A DNA stretch of 64,000 nt. Source: a virus. The notes below the pieces were generated by a model. The model was not told where the DNA came from. It did not search any database and was given only the letters and a program-made list of their open reading frames with translations. A program made the position numbers and the translations under genes. Location: positions 1-64,000 of the IMG/VR virus record IMGVR_UViG_3300004369_000004, one strand, 5' to 3'. Shown piece after piece: positions 9,286-18,156 of this stretch (the first letter of the stretch is position 1; each line of letters starts with the position of its first letter).

Positions 9286-9924
9286 ATGTTAAATAAAAAA
9301 GAAAACTATGTAAAAAAAGAAACAATTACAGTAAGAAACCTAATAGGGCAAGTAATTGAAAAGGTTGCTGAGTTAGAAGAAATAGATAGTCTAAGAAAAG
9401 AGTATCTTGTTAAAAAAGTAATCAAAGATTCTAGAATCAAAAAGTATCTAACTAAGCAAATTGTTAAAACTGTTCCTATGGGTAAACTTGACTATACTCC
9501 AAGAGAACATGTCTCTAAATATATCAAGTATATTAAAGAGAATAAAATTAAATTCCCTAAACTGAACAAGTTAGAAACAAGAATCTTAGAATGCATTTCT
9601 GAATTTAAACATCTTGAAATGTTGATCTTAAGAACTCCTTCTAGAGAAAGATCTTATGTAGATGCTAGAATTATGTGTTACTATATTTTTAGACAAATTC
9701 TAGGATACACCTATGCAAAAGTTGGTCTAATCTTTTTAAGAGATCACTCTACTATTATTCATGGAATAGAAACTCATGAGTCTTTAATGGAGACAGATTA
9801 CAAGTACAGGAATGATTTTTATTACATAATGGATAAGCTCGTAGAAGAATTCCCAGAAGATTTTTACTCCTACGATGCACTGATGTTGAAGAATAAATAT
9901 GGAAACAGACAACGATCAATCTAA
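9286..9924 (+). CDS. protein with a DnaA C-terminal (domain IV) HTH
   Basis: ARIMCYYIFRQILGYTYAKVGLIFLRDHSTIIHG aligns by eye with DnaA RQIAMYL...FGGRDHTTVLHA; no AAA+ domain. Confidence 0.75.
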   Translation: MLNKKENYVKKETITVRNLIGQVIEKVAELEEIDSLRKEYLVKKVIKDSRIKKYLTKQIVKTVPMGKLDYTPREHVSKYIKYIKENKIKFPKLNKLETRILECISEFKHLEMLILRTPSRERSYVDARIMCYYIFRQILGYTYAKVGLIFLRDHSTIIHGIETHESLMETDYKYRNDFYYIMDKLVEEFPEDFYSYDALMLKNKYGNRQRSI

Positions 9925-10606
9925 ATGGGTAGATATACCAGACAGTTGGTATACTCATCTTAAACCTATAATTGAAACAGACTACTTTAAAAAGCTGTCT
10001 ACAGTTATTAAGAAAGATAGAGAAGTGGGTAACGTATTTCCCTCCAAAGAAAATGTGTTCAGGGCATTTAATCTTACCCCTCTAAACAAAGTAAGAGTAG
10101 TAATCTTAGGTATGGATCCTTATCCTAACTTATTTAAAGGTGAGCCTGTAGCATGCGGTCTTGCTTTTGCTCCTAGTAACAAACTATACGTTCCTCCTTC
10201 TCTTAGAATGATTCATGCATGCCTTAAAAACACTTTATATGATGGCCAGTTTAAACCTGTTACAGAAATGGACTTGTTAAGCTGGGCTAATCAAGGAGTC
10301 TTTTTACTTAATGCTGCTTTAACTGTTAAGGAAGGTAAAGCAGGTTCACATCTGCACGAATGGAATCAGTTTACTAATTACGTAATCAAGACTATCTCTG
10401 AAAAAACAAGTGGAACTATATTTTGTTTCTGGGGTAAAGATGCTCAGAACTTTGCGGGACTAGTAAACGAGAGATATCATTACGTACTTAAAGCTCCACA
10501 CCCTGTGTCGGCTGTATATAAAGGCGGAGATTGGGAGTGTAATCATTTTGAATTTATCAACGAAACTCTCAAAAAGAATAACAATCAAACGATAGAATGG
10601 CTATAA
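9899..10606 (+). CDS. ung: uracil-DNA glycosylase family 1
   Basis: VVILGMDPY, GLAF, PPSL, QGVFLLN, FWG and PHP motifs. Confidence 0.9.
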   Translation: METDNDQSKWVDIPDSWYTHLKPIIETDYFKKLSTVIKKDREVGNVFPSKENVFRAFNLTPLNKVRVVILGMDPYPNLFKGEPVACGLAFAPSNKLYVPPSLRMIHACLKNTLYDGQFKPVTEMDLLSWANQGVFLLNAALTVKEGKAGSHLHEWNQFTNYVIKTISEKTSGTIFCFWGKDAQNFAGLVNERYHYVLKAPHPVSAVYKGGDWECNHFEFINETLKKNNNQTIEWL

Positions 10607-10794
10607 TCATATTAGATGTAGAAGACGTAATTAAAAAATATGTCAACAAAAGACTAGAAGATTTATCAGAAGTAAAGATGAAGGATGAATACGAGTATTC
10701 AGAGATCTGTGGCAGAAAAGAAGAGATTAAATTATTACTAGAAGCATTTTCTAAAAACGGTTTTGTGGATAAAAAGAATCCTTTATCGGATTAA
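10597..10794 (+). CDS. hypothetical protein (65 aa)
   Basis: Overlaps the end of ung and precedes a terminator. Confidence 0.55.
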   Translation: MAIIILDVEDVIKKYVNKRLEDLSEVKMKDEYEYSEICGRKEEIKLLLEAFSKNGFVDKKNPLSD

Positions 10795-10855
10795 AGCAAT
10801 AAAATTATCCCTATACTTGTACTGTTATTCTTCCACATCCATATCTTCTAGCATG

Positions 10856-10888
10856 AGGGGCTGATTTTCATCAGTCCCTTTTGCTTTT
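10856..10888 (+). terminator. Rho-independent terminator
   Basis: AGGGGCTGAT-tttc-ATCAGTCCCT followed by TTTGCTTTT. Confidence 0.75.
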
Positions 10889-10910
10889 AAAACGGATTAA
10901 AGTATATTTG
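10881..10910 (+). promoter_or_regulatory. Bacteroidota housekeeping-sigma promoter TTG-N19-TATATTTG
   Basis: TTG at 10881-10883, 19-nt spacer, TATATTTG at 10903-10910, 16 nt before ATG 10927. Confidence 0.8.
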
Positions 10911-10926
10911 AGGATAAGACCAATTT

Positions 10927-11571
10927 ATGTTTCAAAAAACACCTAAAAAAATCCCAGTCAAAGGAGTAGCAAAGAGAGACGTCAGAGAAACTGTTTGCTC
11001 TGACTGTAGAAAAAATAAACCATACGCTAATAAAACTAAGAGACTCTGTTCATCATGCGTCAAAAAACTACAAGCGCAGAAAATAAAAGAAAAGAAGGAC
11101 AGAGAACGTAGAAAGAAAGCAGAAACAGTAACGCAAGCAAGACTTGATCAAGTTACTTCTTGGTTAATTAGAGCTGTCTACGAAGAAAAGTGTCATGCAT
11201 GCGGCAAAGAGATGCAGAGAAAGCATTTGCAATGCTGTCACTTTGTAAGTAGAACTAAAACAGCTACAAGATTTGATCTACACAACATGTTACCTGGATG
11301 CCAAGTTTGTAATATGTACACACCACATCACGTGTGGGAACTAGGTAAGTACATCAACAAGCTGTGGGGAGAAAACAAAACAGAAATATTATTAGAACTA
11401 GCTGGTAAACAGCTTAAGCTAAATAATGCAGATAGAAAAGAAATCTACATTATCTACAAATACAGTCTAGATAGAATCGAAACTAACGACTACTCGTTAA
11501 AAGAAAGAATTGAGATTCTTAAAGAAGCTTACTTCAAGTATCTAGATATTGTACAACCATTAATTAAATAA
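10927..11571 (+). CDS. NinG/Rap-like HNH recombination endonuclease with an N-terminal Zn finger
   Basis: CHAC...HFVSR...RFDLHN...CQVCN pattern; additional CxxC pairs at the N-terminus. Confidence 0.75.
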   Translation: MFQKTPKKIPVKGVAKRDVRETVCSDCRKNKPYANKTKRLCSSCVKKLQAQKIKEKKDRERRKKAETVTQARLDQVTSWLIRAVYEEKCHACGKEMQRKHLQCCHFVSRTKTATRFDLHNMLPGCQVCNMYTPHHVWELGKYINKLWGENKTEILLELAGKQLKLNNADRKEIYIIYKYSLDRIETNDYSLKERIEILKEAYFKYLDIVQPLIK

Positions 11572-11576
11572 GACTT

Positions 11577-13577
11577 ATGATAGGATTAGTAACAGAAGAT
11601 CCTAGAGTAATTCAATCTATACAAGGCAAGAACGACAACATTATTATATGTTCTAAGGAGAATGCATTGCAAGCCTTAGAGAAACTAGAATGGATAGGAT
11701 TTGACTCAGAGACTCTAGGATTTGATCCTTATACGTCTGATCTGATCACTATTCAGTTAGGTTATGACAAGCATCAGTTTGTCATAGATGTCAAGAGTGT
11801 AGATATTAATTACTTTAAGGAACTATTAGAAACAAAGCCTTTAATAGGTCACAACCTAAAGTTTGACCTTAAGTTCCTTTACCACCAAAGAATTATACCC
11901 TACAAGGTATACGATACTTTCTTGGCAGAGAAAACAACCCGATTGGGTATAAAAATACACAGATCTTCTCTAGCAGATACTGTCAAAAGACACTGCGGAG
12001 AAATTCTAGACAAGAGTGTAAGAGCTAGCATCGATGGGAACTTTACTGTTCCCTTTGTTATATATTCTGCACTGGACGTAAAATACCTGCACGACATACG
12101 TGAGAAGCAACTAAAGATATTAGAAGAGAATAACTCTCTAAAGTCAATTGAACTAGACAATCGCTTTGTAAAAGTTCTTGCGTATATCGAATACTGCGGT
12201 ATCAAACTAGATGTTGGTAAATGGACTAGTAAAATCAACGCGACAAGAAACGAGTTAGTTCAAACAAAAGAAGAACTAGATGAGTATATTCTAGAGAACA
12301 AGATGTCTAAGTTTATTAATTATCAAACTAACTTGTTTGATCCAGATCTTAAAACAAGTATCAACTGGAACTCTCCAAGTCAAGTAGTAGAATTCTTTCA
12401 AGAGATTGGTGTAGACACTACCGTAGTAGAAAAAGGAGAAAAGAAAGATACTATTGAAGCTAGCCACTTAGTAAAGTTTAAAGATAAGTTTCCTATTATC
12501 GAGATGTATCTGGCTTATAAACAAGCGCAAAAAGACTTGGGTACTTATGGAGAAAACTGGCTTAGACTTATTAACCCTAGAAGCGGTAGAATTCATACTC
12601 AGTTCACTCAACTAATGAACACAGGTAGACTATCTAGCGGTGGTCGCAACAAGGAAACAGGAGAAGCTTATCCTAATCTACAGAACATTCCCTCTGATGA
12701 AGAGACTAGAAGTTGTTTTGTGGCAGAAGCAGGTAACACTCTTATTGCTTGTGACTATACAGGCCAAGAACAGATTGTTCTAGTTAACAAGTGTCTAGAT
12801 AAAAACCTACTTGAGTTTTATGATCAGGATCTAGGAGACATGCACTCATTTGTCGCATCTAAGATGTATCCTGAGCTTGATGGTATAGATCTTAAAGAGA
12901 TTAAATCTAAACATAAAGACAAGCGGCAAGCAGCTAAGGTTGCAGGCTTTGCTATTAACTACGGAGGTAGCGGCATAGGAATTGCAGATCAATTAGGTTT
13001 GACTGTTGAACAAGGTCAACACATCTACAATTCTTATTTCAAAGCATTTCCTGGTCTGAAAGACTACTTCGAAAAGACTAAAAAGTTTGGTCTTGAAAAT
13101 GGCTATGTGCTTATCTCTGACGTAACTGGTAAAAAGTCTTACGTTGATTTCTATGAAGAGTTTCTAGAAACTAAGAAAGAGATTGAAACTAAAGGCTATT
13201 GGGAAAGTTTTAAAAAGCACAAAGAAGCAAAGACTCCTACTTATTCTAAGCTAAAAAAAGATGTGTCTCTTTACTTCAGCAAGAAAGGAGATATTGAACG
13301 CATGTCTTTGAACTACCCTATTCAGGGTGAATCTGCTGAGATCACAAAGTTATCTTGTGTTTACTTCTGGGAAGACTACTTGATTCCTAATAATCTATTG
13401 TTTACTGTAAAGTTTGTAAACATAGTACATGACGAGAATGTAGTCGAGTGTCCAGAATCAATTAAAGATGAAACCTCAAAAGCGTTAGAAGATGCTATGG
13501 TTAAGTCGGGTGCTGTATTTTGTAAAAGGGTCCCACTAAAAGCGGATCCTTGTATATCAACTTATTGGAAGAAATAA
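11577..13577 (+). CDS. polA: DNA polymerase family A with 3'-5' exonuclease
   Basis: ExoI DSET, ExoII HNLKFD, ExoIII YSALD, TGRLSS, PNLQNIP, motif A DYTGQE, motif B KVAGFAINYG (Phe at the 762-equivalent position), motif C VHDE. Confidence 0.95.
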   Translation: MIGLVTEDPRVIQSIQGKNDNIIICSKENALQALEKLEWIGFDSETLGFDPYTSDLITIQLGYDKHQFVIDVKSVDINYFKELLETKPLIGHNLKFDLKFLYHQRIIPYKVYDTFLAEKTTRLGIKIHRSSLADTVKRHCGEILDKSVRASIDGNFTVPFVIYSALDVKYLHDIREKQLKILEENNSLKSIELDNRFVKVLAYIEYCGIKLDVGKWTSKINATRNELVQTKEELDEYILENKMSKFINYQTNLFDPDLKTSINWNSPSQVVEFFQEIGVDTTVVEKGEKKDTIEASHLVKFKDKFPIIEMYLAYKQAQKDLGTYGENWLRLINPRSGRIHTQFTQLMNTGRLSSGGRNKETGEAYPNLQNIPSDEETRSCFVAEAGNTLIACDYTGQEQIVLVNKCLDKNLLEFYDQDLGDMHSFVASKMYPELDGIDLKEIKSKHKDKRQAAKVAGFAINYGGSGIGIADQLGLTVEQGQHIYNSYFKAFPGLKDYFEKTKKFGLENGYVLISDVTGKKSYVDFYEEFLETKKEIETKGYWESFKKHKEAKTPTYSKLKKDVSLYFSKKGDIERMSLNYPIQGESAEITKLSCVYFWEDYLIPNNLLFTVKFVNIVHDENVVECPESIKDETSKALEDAMVKSGAVFCKRVPLKADPCISTYWKK

Positions 13578-13584
13578 AAACGTT

Positions 13585-13818
13585 ATGGATTTAAATAAAT
13601 TAATAAAGCTACAAAAGGAAGGTAACTATCAAAAGAAAACTGCTTATACTAAAAATAAGCATAGGTTAGATGCACTAACAGACAAGATAGTAACAATCAA
13701 CGGAGAAACAGTAAGATACATAAAGCCCTTAAATAAAGGTCCTTATACTCTTGCTAAAACTACTAGAAAAGCTAAAAGGTATTTTAAGAATCTTAAGAAG
13801 TATAACGATTCACTATAG
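13585..13818 (+). CDS. basic hypothetical protein (77 aa)
   Basis: ORF within the operon. Confidence 0.65.
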   Translation: MDLNKLIKLQKEGNYQKKTAYTKNKHRLDALTDKIVTINGETVRYIKPLNKGPYTLAKTTRKAKRYFKNLKKYNDSL

Positions 13819-13820
13819 TT

Positions 13821-14261
13821 ATGTCCGTAAATAGAATAAACCTACCAGGTAAACTTTCTCTAAACATTGACGGGAAAGTTTACCTTAAGGTAGACAAAGA
13901 TTTACTTCAAGAGTATTTCAGAGAAATTCTAATGGGCTTACCAGAGATAGATGTGGAAGTCAACATTACTAGAGTAGATAATAAAAGAACTCTACCTCAG
14001 TTGGCTTATTTCTATGGATTTGTTTTGCCAATCATTAAAGAAAGATTTGAAGACCTTGAAGGAACTACGTTTACCAAAGAAGAAGTAATGACTATCTTAA
14101 AGTCTAAATTCTTTTACGAAGAGATTATGTTTGAAGGAGAGTTTCAAAGATTCCCACTTTCACTAGCTACAGCTAAGAAAAATGAAATCATGAAGTTTAT
14201 TTCAGATGTTATTACTTTTGGAAGAGAAATTTTAGAAGTTAAAATCCCAGATCCTGTATGA
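13821..14261 (+). CDS. NinB/DUF1367-like recombination protein (putative)
   Basis: KRTLPQLAYFYG resembles the RSxxQNxxxW motif; C-terminal ...IPDP. Confidence 0.55.
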   Translation: MSVNRINLPGKLSLNIDGKVYLKVDKDLLQEYFREILMGLPEIDVEVNITRVDNKRTLPQLAYFYGFVLPIIKERFEDLEGTTFTKEEVMTILKSKFFYEEIMFEGEFQRFPLSLATAKKNEIMKFISDVITFGREILEVKIPDPV

Positions 14262-14617
14262 AAAAAGATGAATTTATAGAAGCCTTAGAAGAAGCAAGAG
14301 CGCTTAGATACAACGAAGGTAAGCTACAATGGTCTCTAGTAGACTTTAAGTCGCTGGAAGGACTTGTTAGAGTGCTTGAGATGGGAGCTAAGAAGTATGA
14401 CAGACATAACTGGAAGAAAGGTATGCCCGTTACACAAGTTTCAGAGTCTCTCTTGAGGCATATGTTTGCTTTTTTAAACGGAGAAGACAATGACTCTGAG
14501 AGTAAAGAAAGTCATTTAGCACACGTAATGTGCAATGCAATGTTTTTAGAATATATAATGAGGGAAAAGCCTCATTATGATGATAGATTAAAACCCAACC
14601 AAGAAAATGATAATTGA
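14258..14617 (+). CDS. dATP/dGTP diphosphohydrolase-like protein (DUF5664)
   Basis: KLQWSLV...GAKKY...NWKKG...LLRH...D.ES...HLAH..CN signature. Confidence 0.8.
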   Translation: MKKDEFIEALEEARALRYNEGKLQWSLVDFKSLEGLVRVLEMGAKKYDRHNWKKGMPVTQVSESLLRHMFAFLNGEDNDSESKESHLAHVMCNAMFLEYIMREKPHYDDRLKPNQENDN

Positions 14618-15596
14618 TGATAGCTATCTGAGTAACACTGCGATGAGCCAAAGTAGGCTTAAGCGCATTTTAAAACACCCTAAAGATTTCATAGAGTATG
14701 AAACATCTGAATTTGATGAGCCTAAAGACTCTATTATAATTGGAGACGGTGTAGACATGTTAATTACTCAAGGAGAAGACGCATTCTTTGAGAACTTTTT
14801 TATTATGACCGAAGAAAAGCCTTCAGGTCAGATGGGAGATTTTGTATGGAGTCTCTATGCGCATCGAAACAACGCTGATGCAGAAGCTATAGCTTATGAA
14901 TCTGCAGGATTTAAGCGAGACAGTATTGAGAAAGTAAGAGATCGATTCGCTAAAGAGGGTTCTAGTTATTACAATGCTTTGATTAACAGTGAAAACAAAC
15001 AAGTAATTAGTCCTCAGCAACACAAGCTTATTTACGAAATTAAAGAAAGTCTGATGACGCACAGATTTACCAAAGAATACTTTGAGAACAAAGAGAGGTA
15101 TGATGTGCACTTTCAGATCCCTCTTAACTTCACTTACAAAGACATAGCCTGCAAAGCTCTATTAGATATGGTAGTAGTAGATAAAATTGAAAAAACTCTC
15201 TATCCTATAGACATTAAGACTAGTTATGTGAAAACTCACTATTGGTATTCTAATCTATGGAAGTTTAGATATGATATTCAAGCGGCATTCTACACAGAAG
15301 GTCTTATTCAAAACAACTACAAAGAGAAATACGGAGTAGAAAAGATGAATAATTTTAGATTTATGGTAGAAAGTCAGACATCTCCAGGAAACCCTATGAT
15401 CTATGAGGTGTCTAATGAAATACTAGAGATAGGTAAATCTGGCGGCAAGTACGGAGTCCGTAATTTTGAAGGTTTTGATCAAGCAATTGATCGGTATAAG
15501 TGGCACACAGAAAACAATTTGTGGGAATATACCAGAGAAGATTATCAAAATAATGGAATTCGTTTCTTAACTTTGCCAGATGGAGATGACGAATAA
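14607..15596 (+). CDS. PD-(D/E)XK exonuclease, RecE/ExoVIII-like
   Basis: SQSRLK, CKALLD, IDIKT and YDIQAAFY motifs. Confidence 0.8.
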   Translation: MIIDDSYLSNTAMSQSRLKRILKHPKDFIEYETSEFDEPKDSIIIGDGVDMLITQGEDAFFENFFIMTEEKPSGQMGDFVWSLYAHRNNADAEAIAYESAGFKRDSIEKVRDRFAKEGSSYYNALINSENKQVISPQQHKLIYEIKESLMTHRFTKEYFENKERYDVHFQIPLNFTYKDIACKALLDMVVVDKIEKTLYPIDIKTSYVKTHYWYSNLWKFRYDIQAAFYTEGLIQNNYKEKYGVEKMNNFRFMVESQTSPGNPMIYEVSNEILEIGKSGGKYGVRNFEGFDQAIDRYKWHTENNLWEYTREDYQNNGIRFLTLPDGDDE

Positions 15597-16062
15597 CAAC
15601 GTAAAAGCTAGTAAGGAAATGGATTTATCTAAGTACAATTTAACCTCTAAACTATTGACAGGTTTAGTATTTAGCAGAAATTCTTTGCCGACTTTAGCAG
15701 AATTTGGTCTTAAGAATGTTTATCTAGATGACTATGGGTACAAATGTAAATATGAGAATTGCCTATTTTTCTTATTTAATATTACGAATAAGCATTATGA
15801 TATCTTTGAAAATAAGATCGCTCAATTTGAGTCTTTTTACGATTGGTATGATATAGACGAGTATAAAAGAATGCTGGTCTATAAAATTGGAGACGTTTAT
15901 TGGAATGATTTAAAAAAGTACAAACAATCCATTAGTAATGGATTTAGCGCAGATTTTATTGCCGCTGTTACTGTAAAGTCTGCCGTTATGTTAGACGGAT
16001 TAAAGTTAGATTACTCTAAAGAAATCTTTAGATATGAAGCTAACCTCACGGAAGCTAAATGA
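15580..16062 (+). CDS. hypothetical protein (160 aa)
   Basis: Coupled ORF. Confidence 0.75.
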   Translation: MEMTNNNVKASKEMDLSKYNLTSKLLTGLVFSRNSLPTLAEFGLKNVYLDDYGYKCKYENCLFFLFNITNKHYDIFENKIAQFESFYDWYDIDEYKRMLVYKIGDVYWNDLKKYKQSISNGFSADFIAAVTVKSAVMLDGLKLDYSKEIFRYEANLTEAK

Positions 16063-16466
16063 AACCAAAGCACCAACTATACCAAGATATAGCACTACGA
16101 GTATCACAGGAGTCTTACTGTAAGAGATTACAAGTAGGAGCCATTATAGTCAAAGACGGTAACATTATCTCTTTTGGCTATAATGGTACCCCTAGTGGTA
16201 TGCCAAACAAATGCGAGGACAGTAATGTTACTTTTGTACACGTCCTCCATGCAGAATCAAATGCGATCACTAAGGCCTGCAAAAGTCCAATAAGCACCGA
16301 GAACTCTACTATGTATATTACTCATGCTTGTTGCGTAGAATGTGCTAAATTGATTATTCAAAGTGGTATCAAAGAAGTATACTACTTAAACGAGTATAAA
16401 GACCAAGCAGGTCTTAACCTTTTAAAAAACGTAGGAATTAAAGTATTTAAACTAACCAACTTATGA
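16059..16466 (+). CDS. dCMP deaminase
   Basis: GYNG, HAESNAI and CVEC Zn-binding motifs. Confidence 0.92.
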   Translation: MKPKHQLYQDIALRVSQESYCKRLQVGAIIVKDGNIISFGYNGTPSGMPNKCEDSNVTFVHVLHAESNAITKACKSPISTENSTMYITHACCVECAKLIIQSGIKEVYYLNEYKDQAGLNLLKNVGIKVFKLTNL

Positions 16467-16804
16467 AATTATTTTTTTATACCGAGAAAGAAACCGTTGA
16501 TGTAGACGGTGAACAGAAAGAAATAGCCAAGCCTGGCTACTCTTTTGATTTGGAAAGTGTTATTATGACCTATCCAACTAATGATGGACTATCGGTGGTT
16601 TTATCGTCTAATGCCGATAAGCTGACTCCCATCGAGTACAAGTACAGAACTGATCCTAAGACAAAGGAAAGAATTCCTGTAAAGATTGCAAAGTTTGAAA
16701 TTACCAGTGAGCCTATTACTATTGAGCTCAAAGATGCTGATGAAATCAACGCATTCTTTGCCGCAGTAGGAGGTCCTGAATTAAATTTGAAAAATCCCGA
16801 GTGA
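16463..16804 (+). CDS. hypothetical protein (113 aa)
   Basis: Last + strand gene before the convergent terminator. Confidence 0.75.
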   Translation: MKLFFYTEKETVDVDGEQKEIAKPGYSFDLESVIMTYPTNDGLSVVLSSNADKLTPIEYKYRTDPKTKERIPVKIAKFEITSEPITIELKDADEINAFFAAVGGPELNLKNPE

Positions 16805-16820
16805 TTTGTTTATAGTTCAT

Positions 16821-16859
16821 GAAATAAGAAGGGGGCTTAACAGTCCCCTTTATTATTTC
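16821..16859. terminator. bidirectional terminator at the convergence of the replication and virion modules
   Basis: AAGGGGGCT-taac-AGTCCCCTT with A-rich and T-rich flanks (GAAATAA...TTATTTC). Confidence 0.8.
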
Positions 16860-17118
16860 TACACATTCTGATTAATCGGGGTTCTGCGATGTAGTCAGTA
16901 AAGATAACCTTTAAGCCGCAGATGCTTTGAATAATAATCTCATCCCCAAAGTCAACATCTATTTTAAACATTTGTTTTAGGAAGCTGTCGTATTGTGCTT
17001 TAGTTAGTATGACGCTATTAGGATATATACCTACACCCTTAGCGTTTTCTTGCTGAGAATCTTTCTCAGAGTCTAGAAAAAACTTATTTATTTCAAGTTC
17101 AAGTTCTCTTATAGTCAT
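16837..17118 (-). CDS. hypothetical protein (93 aa)
   Basis: Last gene of the - strand block. Confidence 0.7.
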   Translation of the reverse strand: MTIRELELEINKFFLDSEKDSQQENAKGVGIYPNSVILTKAQYDSFLKQMFKIDVDFGDEIIIQSICGLKVIFTDYIAEPRLIRMCRNNKGDC

Positions 17119-17462
17119 AGTAATAGGCCTATTAGTAATATTGATAATCCAATAGATCCATATCTATACATCTTGATTATGCGATCCTTCTCATCGATAA
17201 TCTGATTAAGATTAATAATTTCTGTCTTAGAAACTTCTACAGCTTTATTAAGACCAGGCACAATACTGTCTTGATACAAAACTATTGTTTGACTATCATT
17301 TTTGATAATCTTATTTAGGGCAACTACTTTCTCCCTAGCCTGAATTCCTTTTAAGAATTCATCATTCAACTCCCTTAGCAGTGAGCTGTCTAGACTTTGA
17401 CAATAGGAAGATAGTGGCATCCACAGGAAGCATACTATCAATAGTGATTTTAATTGTGTCAT
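17115..17462 (-). CDS. spanin-like membrane protein (signal/lipoprotein-like N-terminus, coiled coil, C-terminal TM)
   Basis: MTQLKSLLIVCFLWMPLSSYCQ leader and C-terminal GSIGLSILLIGLLL; overlaps the upstream i-spanin-like ORF. Confidence 0.5.
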   Translation of the reverse strand: MTQLKSLLIVCFLWMPLSSYCQSLDSSLLRELNDEFLKGIQAREKVVALNKIIKNDSQTIVLYQDSIVPGLNKAVEVSKTEIINLNQIIDEKDRIIKMYRYGSIGLSILLIGLLL

Positions 17463-17697
17463 ACTTTAGCTTGACTTTTGTGACCTCAGAGTAAAGCTCT
17501 ACCCTGACTTTATTTAGTGAGTCTACCTTATACATCAAGGCAGCTGTAGTTTTCTGAACAGAGTCTAAGTAATTGATAATCTGCGTGTTAGGCTTAGCCT
17601 CTTCCTTAAAGAATGTAGATTTTATTAAAAAAATAGTTAACCATACGACTACTACGTACAGTAATAACCGTTCCATTTTTTCTCTAAAACCTAACAT
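17362..17697 (-). CDS. i-spanin-like protein (N-terminal TM plus coiled coil)
   Basis: LLLYVVVVWLTIFLI transmembrane segment followed by a helical region; near the holin. Confidence 0.5.
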   Translation of the reverse strand: MLGFREKMERLLLYVVVVWLTIFLIKSTFFKEEAKPNTQIINYLDSVQKTTAALMYKVDSLNKVRVELYSEVTKVKLKYDTIKITIDSMLPVDATIFLLSKSRQLTAKGVE

Positions 17698-17721
17698 AAG
17701 ATCAAAAATAAATAAAAAATA

Positions 17722-17922
17722 TTAAAGCTGAAAATAATCTGGATCAATATCCCAGGCAATTTCTAAAGACCTATTTAAAAAAATAATGTCTACACAACGG
17801 TAGTGATTAATCTTTTTATCCAAAGTTAATTGGATAGTAGGCAATAGAAACCAGCTACTATTTTTAAATATAGTGAGTCTCATATTTGTTTTATCTAGCA
17901 ATATTTTAGAATTAGTATACAC
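17722..17922 (-). CDS. hypothetical protein (66 aa)
   Basis: Coupled ORF. Confidence 0.5.
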   Translation of the reverse strand: MYTNSKILLDKTNMRLTIFKNSSWFLLPTIQLTLDKKINHYRCVDIIFLNRSLEIAWDIDPDYFQL

Positions 17923-18155
17923 TAGCTTAAATAAATATCAAGAAAGTCTTCATAGGAACTGTCAATACTAAATACGTGTCCTCCTCTGGTATAAACCATA
18001 GTAGTACCTCCATTATCACTAACAGCTTCAATAGTCGAGATATCAAGAATACCGTCCTCTAAGATCTCAACTTCATCGGCATCAGCTTGCAAGCCAATCA
18101 TTTTATACAACGGATCTTCTCCTTTGTTAAAGATAAATGTTACTGGGATTTTCAT
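17922..18155 (-). CDS. acidic hypothetical protein (77 aa)
   Basis: Coupled ORF. Confidence 0.7.
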   Translation of the reverse strand: MKIPVTFIFNKGEDPLYKMIGLQADADEVEILEDGILDISTIEAVSDNGGTTMVYTRGGHVFSIDSSYEDFLDIYLS

Positions 18156-18156
18156 A

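Noticed and set aside
14258-14617. 2-aminoadenine (Z) genome system
   Set aside because: No purZ or datZ is visible in the window, and DUF5664 alone is insufficient evidence.
14607-15596. Cas4 call for the exonuclease
   Set aside because: It lacks the four-Cys Fe-S cluster motif and fits a RecE/ExoVIII-like PD-(D/E)XK nuclease better.
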